A stretch of DNA of 64,000 bases, taken from positions 62,001-126,000 of IMG/VR virus record IMGVR_UViG_3300037258_000590; one strand, 5' to 3'. Under the pieces are notes generated by a model. It was not told the DNA's origin. It was given only the letters and a program-made list of their open reading frames with translations, and ran no database searches. Below are positions 1 to 8,915 of this stretch, in pieces (position 1 is the first letter of the stretch; each line of letters starts with the position of its first letter). The position numbers and the translations under genes were made by a program.

Positions 1-1
1 T

Positions 2-469
2 CGTCGCGCCGGCGACGAACTGAGCGAAGCCGGTGACGGTGGCGCTTTCTCCGCCAGACCCGGTGACGGACACCGACCCGCCGGTGATCACGTCAAACGT
101 GGCGCCGGTCACGGTGATCGTGACGGTCTGCGCACCGGCCGCCGGGGCGTCGATCCTGAAGACTTCAACGAACCCGGCGGTGCCGGTCAGCCCGGTGAAC
201 CCGCTGGACTGCTTGCCCATCGAGGTCATCGCCGTGCCGCCGTACGTGGCGGCTGTGGCATAGGCGGTGTCGGCAGCGCCTCCGTTGTTGCTGACGGCGA
301 GGCCCGCGTATACCGCTGACGGCGTTCCGGCGGGGGTATGGGTCCACGTCAGCGGACTGGTGGCGCTGGAGGTGCCCGCTGAGGACGGCCCGGCGGCGTC
401 GAACGCGACGCCTGCGCCGCCGGCGATAAGCCGGACCGGGCGCCCGGAGCGCAAATATCCGATGATCAT
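2..469 (-). CDS. Putative virion structural/minor tail protein, runs off left edge
   Basis: Manual translation MIIGYLRSGRPVRLIAGGAGVAFDAAGPSSAG... is open to the edge; Gly/Ala/Thr/Ser-rich; start uncertain. Confidence 0.5.
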   Translation of the reverse strand, partial: MIIGYLRSGRPVRLIAGGAGVAFDAAGPSSAGTSSATSPLTWTHTPAGTPSAVYAGLAVSNNGGAADTAYATAATYGGTAMTSMGKQSSGFTGLTGTAGFVEVFRIDAPAAGAQTVTITVTGATFDVITGGSVSVTGSGGESATVTGFAQFVAGAT

Positions 470-715
470 GCCAGGGTGGCGTTCGCCGCGCCCCCAGGTC
501 TTCAGGTAACGCCGGGTCAGCACCCAGGGAAGGACAGCAGGCGGCGGTGGCGGCCGGAACCGCCGCGGGCACGCCAAAGCCAGCATGAGGGCCAGCGAGA
601 AGCGAAGGAGAACCCAGGCGGCTCGCGCCGGAGCAGCCATTGACTTACCTCCGGTCCCGGGCAGCCTCCTGGCTAATCAAGGTCGGCGCCATCAGCCAGC
701 TAGCCACTGCCCCGG

Positions 716-1153
716 TCACATACCGCCAGCAGAAATCGCCTCAGCCGCCACCTGGAATGTGTTGCCGTTGGCCACGGTGATCGGCTGTCCGTTCCAGGCG
801 CCGAACCAGACCCGCAGCGGGGTGGAGTCCACGATCTCCAGTGACACGATGGTCCACGAGGACCCGGAGCCGTTGGTCCAGGAGATGGCGGTGGTGTGCG
901 GGCACGTGACGTTCGACCCGGCTGAGCTGGCTGCCGACTGGGTGGAGAAGGCGGTGCCGCCTGTGGTGTACCCGGTGCCGGTCAGCTCGGTGCCTGCCGA
1001 GGAGCCGGTACTGGCCGTGGAGAACAGCTTCAGCTTCATCGCCGAGCCGCCGAGAGCGGCGAATGAGGTGCCAGGCACGCCCGAGGCGCCGGTCGGCAGG
1101 GTGGCGTTGAGGATCTTGGTCGACATGGCCGCATCCCAGGCTGTCTGCGCCAT
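716..1153 (-). CDS. Putative phage virion structural protein
   Basis: 145 aa, S/T/G/A-rich; LKLFST..GTEL.GTGY and ITVANGNTFQV resemble actinophage tail-associated proteins (recognition only). Confidence 0.55.
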   Translation of the reverse strand: MAQTAWDAAMSTKILNATLPTGASGVPGTSFAALGGSAMKLKLFSTASTGSSAGTELTGTGYTTGGTAFSTQSAASSAGSNVTCPHTTAISWTNGSGSSWTIVSLEIVDSTPLRVWFGAWNGQPITVANGNTFQVAAEAISAGGM

Positions 1154-1158
1154 CTAGA

Positions 1159-1605
1159 TCACGCCCCCGCCGGCTGGATCACGGTACTGCCGCGCATGAC
1201 GGTGATGATCAGCGGCCTGCAGACGGTGCAGTTCCTGACGCCCTTGGCGCAGTGCGCACCTGGGCAGTCCGGCACCGTCGCGCCGGAGAACAGCGGGTGG
1301 GTGCCGGGTTCGAACAGCGGGTGATGCGCGTCGGCGGTGGCGCCCTGCCAGGTCCGGCAGCTGCCCGGTTCCGGGCACGGCTCGTCATCATGCGCGCCGG
1401 AGCAGGCGTTCGCCGCCGCGGCGTGATCATGGTCCTGGTGGCAGCAGCCGGGGTTCGTGCTGGCCGGATTGCAGGTGATGGCGGCGTCGATGCCAGCATG
1501 CGAGCAGCCGTCTTGGTGCTGGCCCGCGACGGCGAGGTAATCCGGCGGGCATGTGCACTCCAGGAATGCCTGGGTCATGCAGCCGGCACACTGAACGTGA
1601 AGCAC
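1159..1605 (-). CDS. Cys/His-rich hypothetical protein
   Basis: 148 aa with many Cys and His (CAGC, CTC, CCHQDHDH, CTVC). Confidence 0.55.
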   Translation of the reverse strand: MLHVQCAGCMTQAFLECTCPPDYLAVAGQHQDGCSHAGIDAAITCNPASTNPGCCHQDHDHAAAANACSGAHDDEPCPEPGSCRTWQGATADAHHPLFEPGTHPLFSGATVPDCPGAHCAKGVRNCTVCRPLIITVMRGSTVIQPAGA

Positions 1606-1806
1606 GAGAGCGGGCCTTCCGGGGGGTGGATACCTCCCGGCTCACCCGCTCGACATGCGCCAGGGTGCCTCGGCTAGCACCAGGTTACCGCAGGCCGGGC
1701 ACGGACGTCAGGCCACGCCAGCGATAGATCCCGGGCAGTGGGCGGGACCATCTCCGGTTCCGTCCGTGCCCGGTAAGGCAGCTACGTCCTGGCTGCGGCC
1801 AGGCTA

Positions 1807-2499
1807 TCAGCTGGCGCCGGGCCCGAACGGCTTCTGCCAGATCCCGTGCCGCTCGGAACTCCAGGCGTCCAGGATCGGGTACCACCCCATCGGCGGCCGG
1901 CATTCCAGGTTCGCGCACATGATCACCGCGCCCGGGTCAGCGGTGTTCCAGACCAGGGCCTCCAGCTTCGCCTGCAATGCTGTGTCGCGGAACGCGCGGT
2001 TGAACCAGAGCAGTTCGTGACCGCCGTAGCCGGGCATGCTGAGCGCGTCAGCGGTCACGACGTCGAGGCCCAGCGTGCGGCCGACCGCTGCGTACTCGTC
2101 AGATCTCTCGATGCCGTGCACGTCCAGGCCGAACACCTCACGGGCGATCAGCAGCTTGGTGGCGATGCCTGCGCCGATCTCCATGAGACACGGGGGCCTG
2201 TCGTCGGACTGCGGAACGTCAGGCGCGGCTTCAGCCAGCATCGCGATCCAGGTGAACAGCTGAAACGGCATCCACGGGGTGTACAGCTCACGCTCAGCCT
2301 CCTCCTGCGGTACCGCGCCGATCCACTTGCGTTCCATCTCCGCAGCCGTGCCGATCGCGCTGGCGATCTGCCGCCAGTTGGCTGGCATCAGCAATCGCCG
2401 CCCATCAGTCACCACCGCACTCAGGGCTGCCGCACCAGTCCGCGACCTGGCGCTGTCCTGGCCGCCGGGCCAGAGCGCCTGGATCGCGTTCAGGCTCAC
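1807..2499 (-). CDS. Class I SAM-dependent methyltransferase-like protein
   Basis: MEIGAGIA motif I, GIER acidic motif, VVTADAL. Confidence 0.6.
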   Translation of the reverse strand: MSLNAIQALWPGGQDSARSRTGAAALSAVVTDGRRLLMPANWRQIASAIGTAAEMERKWIGAVPQEEAERELYTPWMPFQLFTWIAMLAEAAPDVPQSDDRPPCLMEIGAGIATKLLIAREVFGLDVHGIERSDEYAAVGRTLGLDVVTADALSMPGYGGHELLWFNRAFRDTALQAKLEALVWNTADPGAVIMCANLECRPPMGWYPILDAWSSERHGIWQKPFGPGAS

Positions 2500-2597
2500 C
2501 GGCTACCATCGCGTCCCAGTCGGGCGCCTCGCCTCCGCGGGTCTCGGCAGGAGGCAATGAGGTCTCGTCAGCCATCGGCTGTTCCTCGCTTCCCCAG

Positions 2598-2945
2598 TCA
2601 GTCGGGCCGTTCCAGGACATAATAGGGCCGGCCGGCGTTGGCGTGGCTCCAGCGACGGCTGAGGATTTTGTATACGATCGGATCACCACCCTGATCGCCG
2701 TGCCTGCTGAACCGGATGACCGCGCCGACCAGCCAGCTCCCTGACGGATCATCGTAAAGCCGCCCTCCGGTCACCGTCACGACAGGCTCCGCGTCTCCGC
2801 GGCCGTACACGTCAAGCGCGGACGCGTCCATCCAGACCTCGCGGTCGCCGAGGCCGCCGGGAGACTCATCCAGGATCCACCACAGGCCGTAACCGCTTTC
2901 GCGATGCCGGCCGCGCGTTCCAGGTTCAGCGGCAGTGACGCTCAC
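2598..2945 (-). CDS. Hypothetical protein
   Basis: Open frame, GTG start chosen at 2945. Confidence 0.4.
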   Translation of the reverse strand: MSVTAAEPGTRGRHRESGYGLWWILDESPGGLGDREVWMDASALDVYGRGDAEPVVTVTGGRLYDDPSGSWLVGAVIRFSRHGDQGGDPIVYKILSRRWSHANAGRPYYVLERPD

Positions 2946-2955
2946 CCGGTCAAGT

Positions 2956-3609
2956 TTATGCCGTGAGCAGGAGCCGCCCGCATGGTGCAGCTGGCGTGAC
3001 GCGCTTTCCGGCGGGCTGGGCAAGGACGCCGTGATCGGGCTGCGCCACGCCAGCTGCACCACGCGGGCGGCTCCGGTTTACCCGAGCAGCCGCTCGCCGG
3101 GCACGGCGCCCGTCGTTGTAACACTGTCGGCACTGCCGGTAGCCCCGGGCCTGGATAATCGTGTTGGCCGCATCAAACAGGTGCCCTCGCTGGCAGCTAC
3201 CCAGGGCTGACTTTACGACGGGTATTTCGGTGATGGCCCGCTCCGATAGCCACCCTGCGTCGAGGCGCTGCTTGAGCGTGTCATAAGACACCGCGCACCG
3301 TGAATCATCAGCCCACGCAGCCAGGCAGAGCGTACGCTCGAACGCAGTGATCATCCGGTTGTTCGATCTGCGCCTCTGCTGCTCTTTCGGTGTAAGCCAG
3401 CAGCAGTTGTCTGCGCTGTAGTCCCCCGTTGAGTCTTTGCGCTGAATCCACAGCCCTGGCCGGTACCCAGATTGAGCCGCCCATTCACGAAAAGCAGTTA
3501 GGCCCGGAAACTGGAGCTTAATGCCCCGCGCCCCGTACCACGGGTAAGCGCGATGTTTTGGATCGGTGCACCGGGCCTGCATTCCAGCCCAGATAGCCCG
3601 CAGTCGCAC
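2956..3609 (-). CDS. Phage HNH-type homing endonuclease with C-terminal Zn-binding motif
   Basis: W..M..RC...YPWYGARGI, IQRKD..GDYSADNCCW, C-terminal CQRGH...RQCRQC. Confidence 0.65.
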   Translation of the reverse strand: MRLRAIWAGMQARCTDPKHRAYPWYGARGIKLQFPGLTAFREWAAQSGYRPGLWIQRKDSTGDYSADNCCWLTPKEQQRRRSNNRMITAFERTLCLAAWADDSRCAVSYDTLKQRLDAGWLSERAITEIPVVKSALGSCQRGHLFDAANTIIQARGYRQCRQCYNDGRRARRAAARVNRSRPRGAAGVAQPDHGVLAQPAGKRVTPAAPCGRLLLTA

Positions 3610-3649
3610 CCGGTCAGTCTCATCGATATGGACATTGTACTACCTGGAA

Positions 3650-4735
3650 CTACAAGAGCCATTCAGGATGACTCATAGTCCAGCGCACGGTTCGTTCCAG
3701 GGACTCCGCGAACGGGACAGGCGGCTTCCAGCCGAGTGCGCGTATCTTGCCGGAATCCAGCGCGTAGTGCGGGTCGTGACCGGGCCTGGTGCTGTGGAAG
3801 TCCTCCAGCCGGTATTTCAGCGGCATCCCGGCCGCCTTGGCGATCATCTCCGCCAGGGTGAGGTTATCGATCCGGTCCGCGGACGCGATGTTGTACCGGT
3901 CCGGCCGGTCCGCCGGGGAGACCGCAGGGCGCCCGGCCTGGACGGCACGGTACGCCGTCGTCTGCTGCCCCAGGGTCAGGTGCGCCGGGAACGCGGCAGG
4001 CCTGGTCCGGCTCAGCAGGAACAGTACCGCGTCAGCCATGTTGCGGGCGTGCAGGTAATGCCGCGAGCCGATGTTTCCCGGGCTGCCGTGAATGGTCGTC
4101 TCATTACCCGCCAGCACGTCGCGCAGCACTTTCGGAAGGAACTTCTCCGGGTGCTGGCGCTCTCCTACCAGGTTCATCGTGTTCGATATGACGACTGGAA
4201 CACCGTATGTTCGCCAATATGAAATCGAAATTGCTTCCTGAGCGGCTTTACTAGCCGCGTACGGGTTACTGGGCAGGATGGGGGCCCACTCCCGGTGCGC
4301 ACGGCCTTTCGGCGCCGGGCCGTACACCTCATCAGTTGAGATCAGCACCACAGCTTTGGGTTTCAGCTGCCGTGCCAGCTCCAGGGTGTTCAGCGCGACC
4401 GCGAAGTTGTTCTCGCAGAAGGCTACAGGATCGGTGATTGACGTGTCGACGTGGGACTGGCTGGCCATCCCGATCAGGAAGTCCAGGCCGTCATGCCCGG
4501 CAATGATGTCCTGGGCCTGCGGGCTGAACGGCGCGGTCAGGTCATGGGTGAGCACGCCGACGCGTCCCCGCGCCCGTTCAGGATGCCCGCTGATCACCTG
4601 GGCGATCCGGTCAGTCGTGCCCCGGTGCCGGAATGAGTCGGTGCACACGATGTCCCAGTCGGTGACCGTAAGCGCGTGCTCCAGAAAATGGTGGCCAGCG
4701 AATCCGCCTGCCCCGGTCAATGCCAAGCGAGTCAT
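3650..4735 (-). CDS. rmlB: dTDP-glucose 4,6-dehydratase-like SDR (RmlB family)
   Basis: TGAGGFAG, ASQSHVDTSI, ISTDEVYG, PSNPYAASKA, RPGHDPHYALD. Confidence 0.85.
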   Translation of the reverse strand: MTRLALTGAGGFAGHHFLEHALTVTDWDIVCTDSFRHRGTTDRIAQVISGHPERARGRVGVLTHDLTAPFSPQAQDIIAGHDGLDFLIGMASQSHVDTSITDPVAFCENNFAVALNTLELARQLKPKAVVLISTDEVYGPAPKGRAHREWAPILPSNPYAASKAAQEAISISYWRTYGVPVVISNTMNLVGERQHPEKFLPKVLRDVLAGNETTIHGSPGNIGSRHYLHARNMADAVLFLLSRTRPAAFPAHLTLGQQTTAYRAVQAGRPAVSPADRPDRYNIASADRIDNLTLAEMIAKAAGMPLKYRLEDFHSTRPGHDPHYALDSGKIRALGWKPPVPFAESLERTVRWTMSHPEWLL

Positions 4736-4738
4736 GGT

Positions 4739-4805
4739 GCACGGCCTCCGCGCTAAGAAGCTGACTGACAGCTCCTCGCGCCTGACGTGCTAGCGGAGGC
4801 CGTGC
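4739..4805 (-). promoter_or_regulatory. 13-bp inverted repeat covering the rmlB ribosome-binding site
   Basis: gcacggcctccgc (4739-4751) and gcggaggccgtgc (4793-4805); GGAGG lies 9 nt before the ATG inside the stem. Confidence 0.5.
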
Positions 4806-4894
4806 CCGGATTTCTCAGGTTACCGTCCGGCCGGGGCGCGTGTCTGCAGGTACGGTACCGGATGCTGCTGCACCTGCAGGCCGTCTGATCATGT

Positions 4895-5263
4895 ATGCGG
4901 CTGTATGCTGGCGTGGCGGATATAAACCCGGCTGCCCAGCGCGCGGCCCTCATCAAGCTGTGGCCGGTCATCGGCGGTTACTGCGTCGCTCACGGCCTGC
5001 ACCAGGGCAGCCTCCTTCACGGGAACCAGGGCATCCCCGTCGATACCGGAAAGCTCATCGCCCTGCGGGAAGGTCAGTTCATGACCCGCGCGCAGCTGGC
5101 TGCGAAGACCGGGCTGTCCGCCGACACGATCGCCAAGGTCGAGAACCGGCGCCGGGCGCCCACGCTGGCTGTCCTGGACGCGCTCCTCGCCGCGTTCGGC
5201 CTGCCGCCTGACGGGCTGCTCTGGACGACCGGCACCGTGGCTGAGCACCTTGAACGGAAATAG
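4895..5263 (+). CDS. XRE-family HTH regulator
   Basis: LIALRE..MTRAQLAAKTGLSADTIAKVENRRRAPT; start uncertain. Confidence 0.7.
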   Translation: MRLYAGVADINPAAQRAALIKLWPVIGGYCVAHGLHQGSLLHGNQGIPVDTGKLIALREGQFMTRAQLAAKTGLSADTIAKVENRRRAPTLAVLDALLAAFGLPPDGLLWTTGTVAEHLERK

Positions 5264-5539
5264 AGGTTGCGCGCACGTTGTCTTACGCTGTATCGTTTAA
5301 CCAATGGCCCGAAAGTCCGGGCGCAGTCGGCCCTCGGGCGCTACACTGGAGACGTGATGGATTCCTGTTCATGCAAGCAGGACAGCAACGGGCGAATCAG
5401 CCCGCTAGCCGTGCTGCACGCTGAGCAGGGCACCCGGCCCGCCGCGGCGGAACCTGGATAGGAGTCCATCAGGACCGAGACCAGGACCGCCACCGGAGAG
5501 CCGGCAGGCGGTCTTCTCAGTCTCAGGACAACTTCACAT

Positions 5540-5613
5540 AGGGGCGAGCCACACTGGCTCGGCGGCCGGTCTCCAACACCGGCAAAATGGGGGTTCGATT
5601 CCCTCCGCCCCTG
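5540..5613 (+). tRNA. tRNA-Trp(CCA)
   Basis: Cloverleaf; loop CT CCA AC; GGTTCGATTCC T-arm. Confidence 0.8.
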
Positions 5614-5920
5614 CGACCGTCAGCAAAGGCGAGAGCCCGCGCAGGCGCAGTCATAGCGGCCAGCTCGCTGGCCATTGACAAGACCATAGCGTGAGCATCC
5701 CCGGCGGGCCTTCCCCTTTGCGCCCGCCGGAAGGGCGAGGACAGCCGATCCTCGTCACGCGGGCTGTAACAGCTCGCAACGTGCGGTCCCGGCCCAGGCG
5801 GTTGTTGCTAGCCGCTGAGCCGGGACCTGCACGCCAGATGCTGCCCGGGGGTAGCCTAAGTGAGAGGCGTCCCGGAAATAAACGGGATAGTTCCAGGCGG
5901 AAACCCTGGTCCCCGGGCTT
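5614..5920 (+). ncRNA. Unassigned structured RNA with 3' tRNA-shaped domain
   Basis: Nested helices (ggccagc/gctggcc, ccggcgggc/gcccgccgg, gtcccggc/gccgggac) and a cloverleaf at 5843-5918 with non-canonical loops. Confidence 0.45.
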
Positions 5921-5925
5921 GGTAT

Positions 5926-5997
5926 GGGGCCTTGGCGCAGTGGTAGCGCATCTGCATGGCATGCAGAGGGTCAGGAGTTCAAATCTCCTAGGCTCCA
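5926..5997 (+). tRNA. tRNA-Ala(GGC)
   Basis: Cloverleaf; loop AT GGC AT. Confidence 0.9.
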
Positions 5998-6133
5998 CGA
6001 GGGTAACCCCCTTGAGGACGAGATGCGGTCCTCGCGCCCGGAGGCGGTTTCAGGCTAAACGTCCGGGGCGAAGCTGCTGATCCCCGGCTGGATCACCCTG
6101 AAGGACCGGCCGGTCCTGTACGCAGCGCACCAT

Positions 6134-6205
6134 GGGGTTGTAGCTCAGCGGTAGAGCAGCCGGCCCGCAACCGGCAGGTCCGCGGTTCAAATCCGCGTAA
6201 CTCCA
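6134..6205 (+). tRNA. tRNA-Ala(CGC)
   Basis: Cloverleaf; loop CC CGC AA (C33). Confidence 0.9.
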
Positions 6206-6375
6206 CGACCTGGGAGATCCTGGTCCGGATCCAGGCTCCTGCATTACCGTGCCAGCTGGCGATCGGCAGCTGGCGCCCGGAAAGGCCGCCGGGCAGGGAC
6301 GCGAGGATGTAGCTCAACGGGCAGAGCGCCCAGGATCAGGTTTTCCCGGGAAACCAGGAATTGCCGTAAGAATAG

Positions 6376-6449
6376 CGGGGCATGGCGCAGCTTGGCAGCG
6401 CGCTTCGTTCGGGACGAAGAGGCCACAGGTTCAAATCCTGTTGCCCCGA
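6376..6449 (+). tRNA. tRNA-Pro(CGG)
   Basis: Cloverleaf; loop TT CGG GA. Confidence 0.92.
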
Positions 6450-6583
6450 CTAGGTACGGCGTGCAGGCAAAGACCTGTTCGCGGCATGTGCCCTTATAGT
6501 GCGGACCCGGCTCATTACCGGGACACCGCGGGCACCCCTTGCTGGAGAGGGAGCTGACTGAAATCCAGTGCCATACCTAAAAA

Positions 6584-6656
6584 CGGGCCGTGGCCTAGTG
6601 GCTATGGCGCCTGCCTGGGGGGCAGGAGGACGCCGGTTCGAGTCCGGCCGGCCCGA
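6584..6656 (+). tRNA. tRNA-Pro(GGG)
   Basis: Cloverleaf; loop CT GGG GG. Confidence 0.9.
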
Positions 6657-6744
6657 CTCTGACGTGTGCCGGCTCAAGGGCAGCGGACATGAAGGGCCTC
6701 CTCGCTCTGCCAGCACACTCCGGCGGGACGAAGCGCAGGAGATA

Positions 6745-6816
6745 CGGGGTGTGGTGTAGGGGTAAGCGTGCCTGGTCTGGAACCAGGAGGGTGAGGTTCG
6801 AGTCCTCGCACCCCGA
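6745..6816 (+). tRNA. tRNA-Pro(TGG)
   Basis: Cloverleaf; loop TC TGG AA (C33). Confidence 0.85.
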
Positions 6817-6828
6817 CGAAATGCACGC

Positions 6829-6901
6829 GGGTTCCTAGCTGAGATGGATTAGCACCCGGCTGAAAACCAGGAGCAGGAAGGTTCGATACCTTCGGAACCC
6901 A
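6829..6901 (+). tRNA. tRNA-Phe(GAA)
   Basis: Cloverleaf; loop CT GAA AA. Confidence 0.88.
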
Positions 6902-7087
6902 CAACGGCATGACGCTGGCGGCGGCTATGAAACCGTCGTCGGTGACTGAGCGAGTAGCGCTCCGCCCGGTAAGCTGGCCCTGCCGGCAGGGCTGATCTCA
7001 TGCCGCCCGGGAACGGGCCTGGTCACACCTGCGGTCAGCCTCGCAAAGGCGCTTCAGGTCCCTGGCACCAGGTGGTTCCCGGGGCCT

Positions 7088-7159
7088 GCGGGTGTGGCCT
7101 AGTGGCTCGGGCATCAGCCTTCCAAGCTGACCACGCGAGTTCGATTCTCGCCACCCGCT
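7088..7159 (+). tRNA. tRNA-Gly(TCC)
   Basis: Cloverleaf; loop CT TCC AA. Confidence 0.92.
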
Positions 7160-7175
7160 CTATGACCGTAAACAT

Positions 7176-7247
7176 GCGCCGCTAACTCAGTGGCAGAGAG
7201 TCCGACTCTTAATCGGAAGGTCCGGGGTTCGATTCCCTGGCGGCGCA
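7176..7247 (+). tRNA. tRNA-Lys(CTT)
   Basis: Cloverleaf; loop CT CTT AA. Confidence 0.92.
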
Positions 7248-7250
7248 CGA

Positions 7251-7523
7251 ATGGCGGTGATGACGACGGACCGCACAGAAGAACAGGCCGCTGCCGAAGT
7301 GGCCGCCGCGAACGCAGCCAGCATCCTGATTGGCTGGTCACCATGCCGGGCCACCTGCCCGCACTGCGGCTTGCGGGGAACGGCCGAAGTCCGGCAGTGC
7401 TACCGGGTCCAGCCGCCTGGTTCGTTCTCCCTGGCGGGCGTGCAGGTCAAGTTCCCGGCCCGGCTCGGCTGGGAATTCCGGTGCGGCATCTGCGGCGTAT
7501 CTGGCTCCGCCGCGCCGAAATAA
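7251..7523 (+). CDS. Small Zn-ribbon protein between tRNA genes
   Basis: CPHC...CGIC pairs; ORF fills the gap between two tRNAs. Confidence 0.6.
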   Translation: MAVMTTDRTEEQAAAEVAAANAASILIGWSPCRATCPHCGLRGTAEVRQCYRVQPPGSFSLAGVQVKFPARLGWEFRCGICGVSGSAAPK

Positions 7524-7528
7524 ACCCT

Positions 7529-7601
7529 GGGCTCGTAGTCCAACTGGCAGAGCAGCGCTTTCAAACGGCGTACAGTGCGGGTTCGAATCCCGCCGGGCCC
7601 A
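7529..7601 (+). tRNA. tRNA-Leu(CAA), short variable loop
   Basis: Stem GCGCT/GGCGT, loop TT CAA AC, variable ACAGT. Confidence 0.75.
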
Positions 7602-7606
7602 CTCAA

Positions 7607-7679
7607 TGCGGTATGGCGCAACTGGCAGCGCGTCCGGCTCTGACCCGGAAGGCTCCTGGTTCGAATCCAGGTGCCGCAG
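7607..7679 (+). tRNA. tRNA-Gln(CTG)
   Basis: Cloverleaf; loop CT CTG AC. Confidence 0.92.
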
Positions 7680-7703
7680 CTACGCGTCATCTGACGCAAA
7701 CTC

Positions 7704-7772
7704 GCCGCCGCGCGCTGGCCGCGGCCTCGCTTTCGTAAGGCGGGAGGCCCGGTTCGACACCGGGGGGCGGCT
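7704..7772 (+). tRNA. tRNA-Thr(CGT), degenerate D-arm (possible pseudo-tRNA)
   Basis: GCCGCC/GGCGGC acceptor, loop TT CGT AA, T-arm intact, D-arm reduced. Confidence 0.5.
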
Positions 7773-7856
7773 CGATCGTCGACAGCTGCTGTTGCAGGTT
7801 ACAGGCCTAACCGGCAGTAAAAGCCCAGGTCAGCGAAAACGGTTGCCGCCGTGCAT

Positions 7857-7930
7857 GTCCTCGTAGCCCAACGGCAGGAGGCACCAGGTCGAGAATCTGG
7901 ACAGTGCGGGTTCAAATCCCGCCGGGGACA
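7857..7930 (+). tRNA. tRNA-Leu(GAG), short variable loop
   Basis: Loop TC GAG AA (C33), variable ACAGT. Confidence 0.85.
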
Positions 7931-8112
7931 CGCTCAGGTCAAGATGGCCAGCAGCATGAGCAGGCACACCGCGGCTGACTCGGCGACCCCGGTGCGGGAA
8001 CCGTCCCTGATGGCCAGGGCCAGCGCTGACCCGGCGGCCAGGGACGCGACGATCAGCACGGCGCCTATTACCGGCAGCCAGCGTGGTGATCCTGGTGCAG
8101 GCAGCGAACCCT

Positions 8113-8185
8113 GCCGCCTTAGCTCATCTGGCAGAGCAGCGGCCCTGTAAGCCGCGGGTAGCCCGTTCGAACCGGGCAGGCGGCT
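8113..8185 (+). tRNA. tRNA-Thr(TGT)
   Basis: Loop CC TGT AA (C33). Confidence 0.88.
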
Positions 8186-8383
8186 CTGACGGCCGGTTCC
8201 GGCGCGCGGCGGCACGTACACCGGGACGTCCAGGCCGAACCGGCCGCAAGCCTGGTGCAGGGCCCGGTAGTTTCCGCCGGCCGGCCGCAGGCCCAGCGTC
8301 TGCAGCGCCTCGGCGATAGACCGGCTCTGGCGGACCGCCCGGGTGACGGCCGCGCGGTCGCGCAGGATGCTCTGTACTGGCAT
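8186..8383 (-). pseudogene. Remnant resembling the N-terminal DNA-binding part of actinobacterial HNH endonucleases
   Basis: AVRQSRSIAEALQTLGLRPAGGNYRALHQAC..FGLD; no HNH core; the frame runs on antisense through tRNA-Thr. Confidence 0.4.
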
Positions 8384-8419
8384 ACGGCAACGGTACGGCG
8401 GCTGGGCTGCCAGTTCCAG

Positions 8420-8491
8420 TGGGGTGTGGGGTAACCGGCAGCCCGGAGAGTTTTGGTCTCTCTTGTCCAGGTTCGAATCCTGGCACCTCAG
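8420..8491 (+). tRNA. tRNA-Gln(TTG)
   Basis: Loop TT TTG GT. Confidence 0.9.
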
Positions 8492-8605
8492 CAAGGCTGT
8501 CCCAGACACTCAGCGGCAGCCATCCAGTTGCCAGGTAACTGCCCGGTCAGCCGGGCGCTTGACGGTTAATTGTCAGTTAATCGCACTTAATTGCTAGTCA
8601 CGTGT

Positions 8606-8679
8606 GCCTCCGTAGCTCTAGCGGATAGAGCGCCTGCTCGGTACGCAGGAGGTCCCGAGTTCGAATCTCGGTGGAGGCT
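8606..8679 (+). tRNA. tRNA-Thr(GGT)
   Basis: Loop TC GGT AC (C33). Confidence 0.9.
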
Positions 8680-8808
8680 CTGAGCGATGCGCCTCGCTCG
8701 CAAAACCAGGGCGCGGGGTGCGGCTGGTCCTCTCAAAACCAGTTCTTGCCCGCTCTGCGGAGCGGATGTGCGGTGTAAGCCCCGGCCTTGATCCTGCCGG
8801 GCAGCCAT

Positions 8809-8881
8809 GCGGACGTAGCGCAGCTGGTAGCGCGTTACCTTGCCAAGGTAAAGGCCGCGGGTTCGAGACCCGTCGTCCGCT
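8809..8881 (+). tRNA. tRNA-Gly(GCC)
   Basis: Loop TT GCC AA. Confidence 0.95.
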
Positions 8882-8915
8882 CGGCCCCGGCCTGGTGAAT
8901 GCAGGCAGGGCTCAT

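Noticed and set aside
6304-6335. Additional tRNA gene
   Set aside because: Only a 5' half (TAGCTCAACGGGCAGAGC) is present; no anticodon arm, T-arm or acceptor partner
7529-7601. Opal or selenocysteine tRNA (TCA)
   Set aside because: The TCA register breaks the anticodon stem; the CAA register pairs fully and there is no long variable arm
8559-8595. Internal promoter or operator (TTGACG plus three TTAAT)
   Set aside because: AT-rich, but no well-spaced -10 element; too weak to call
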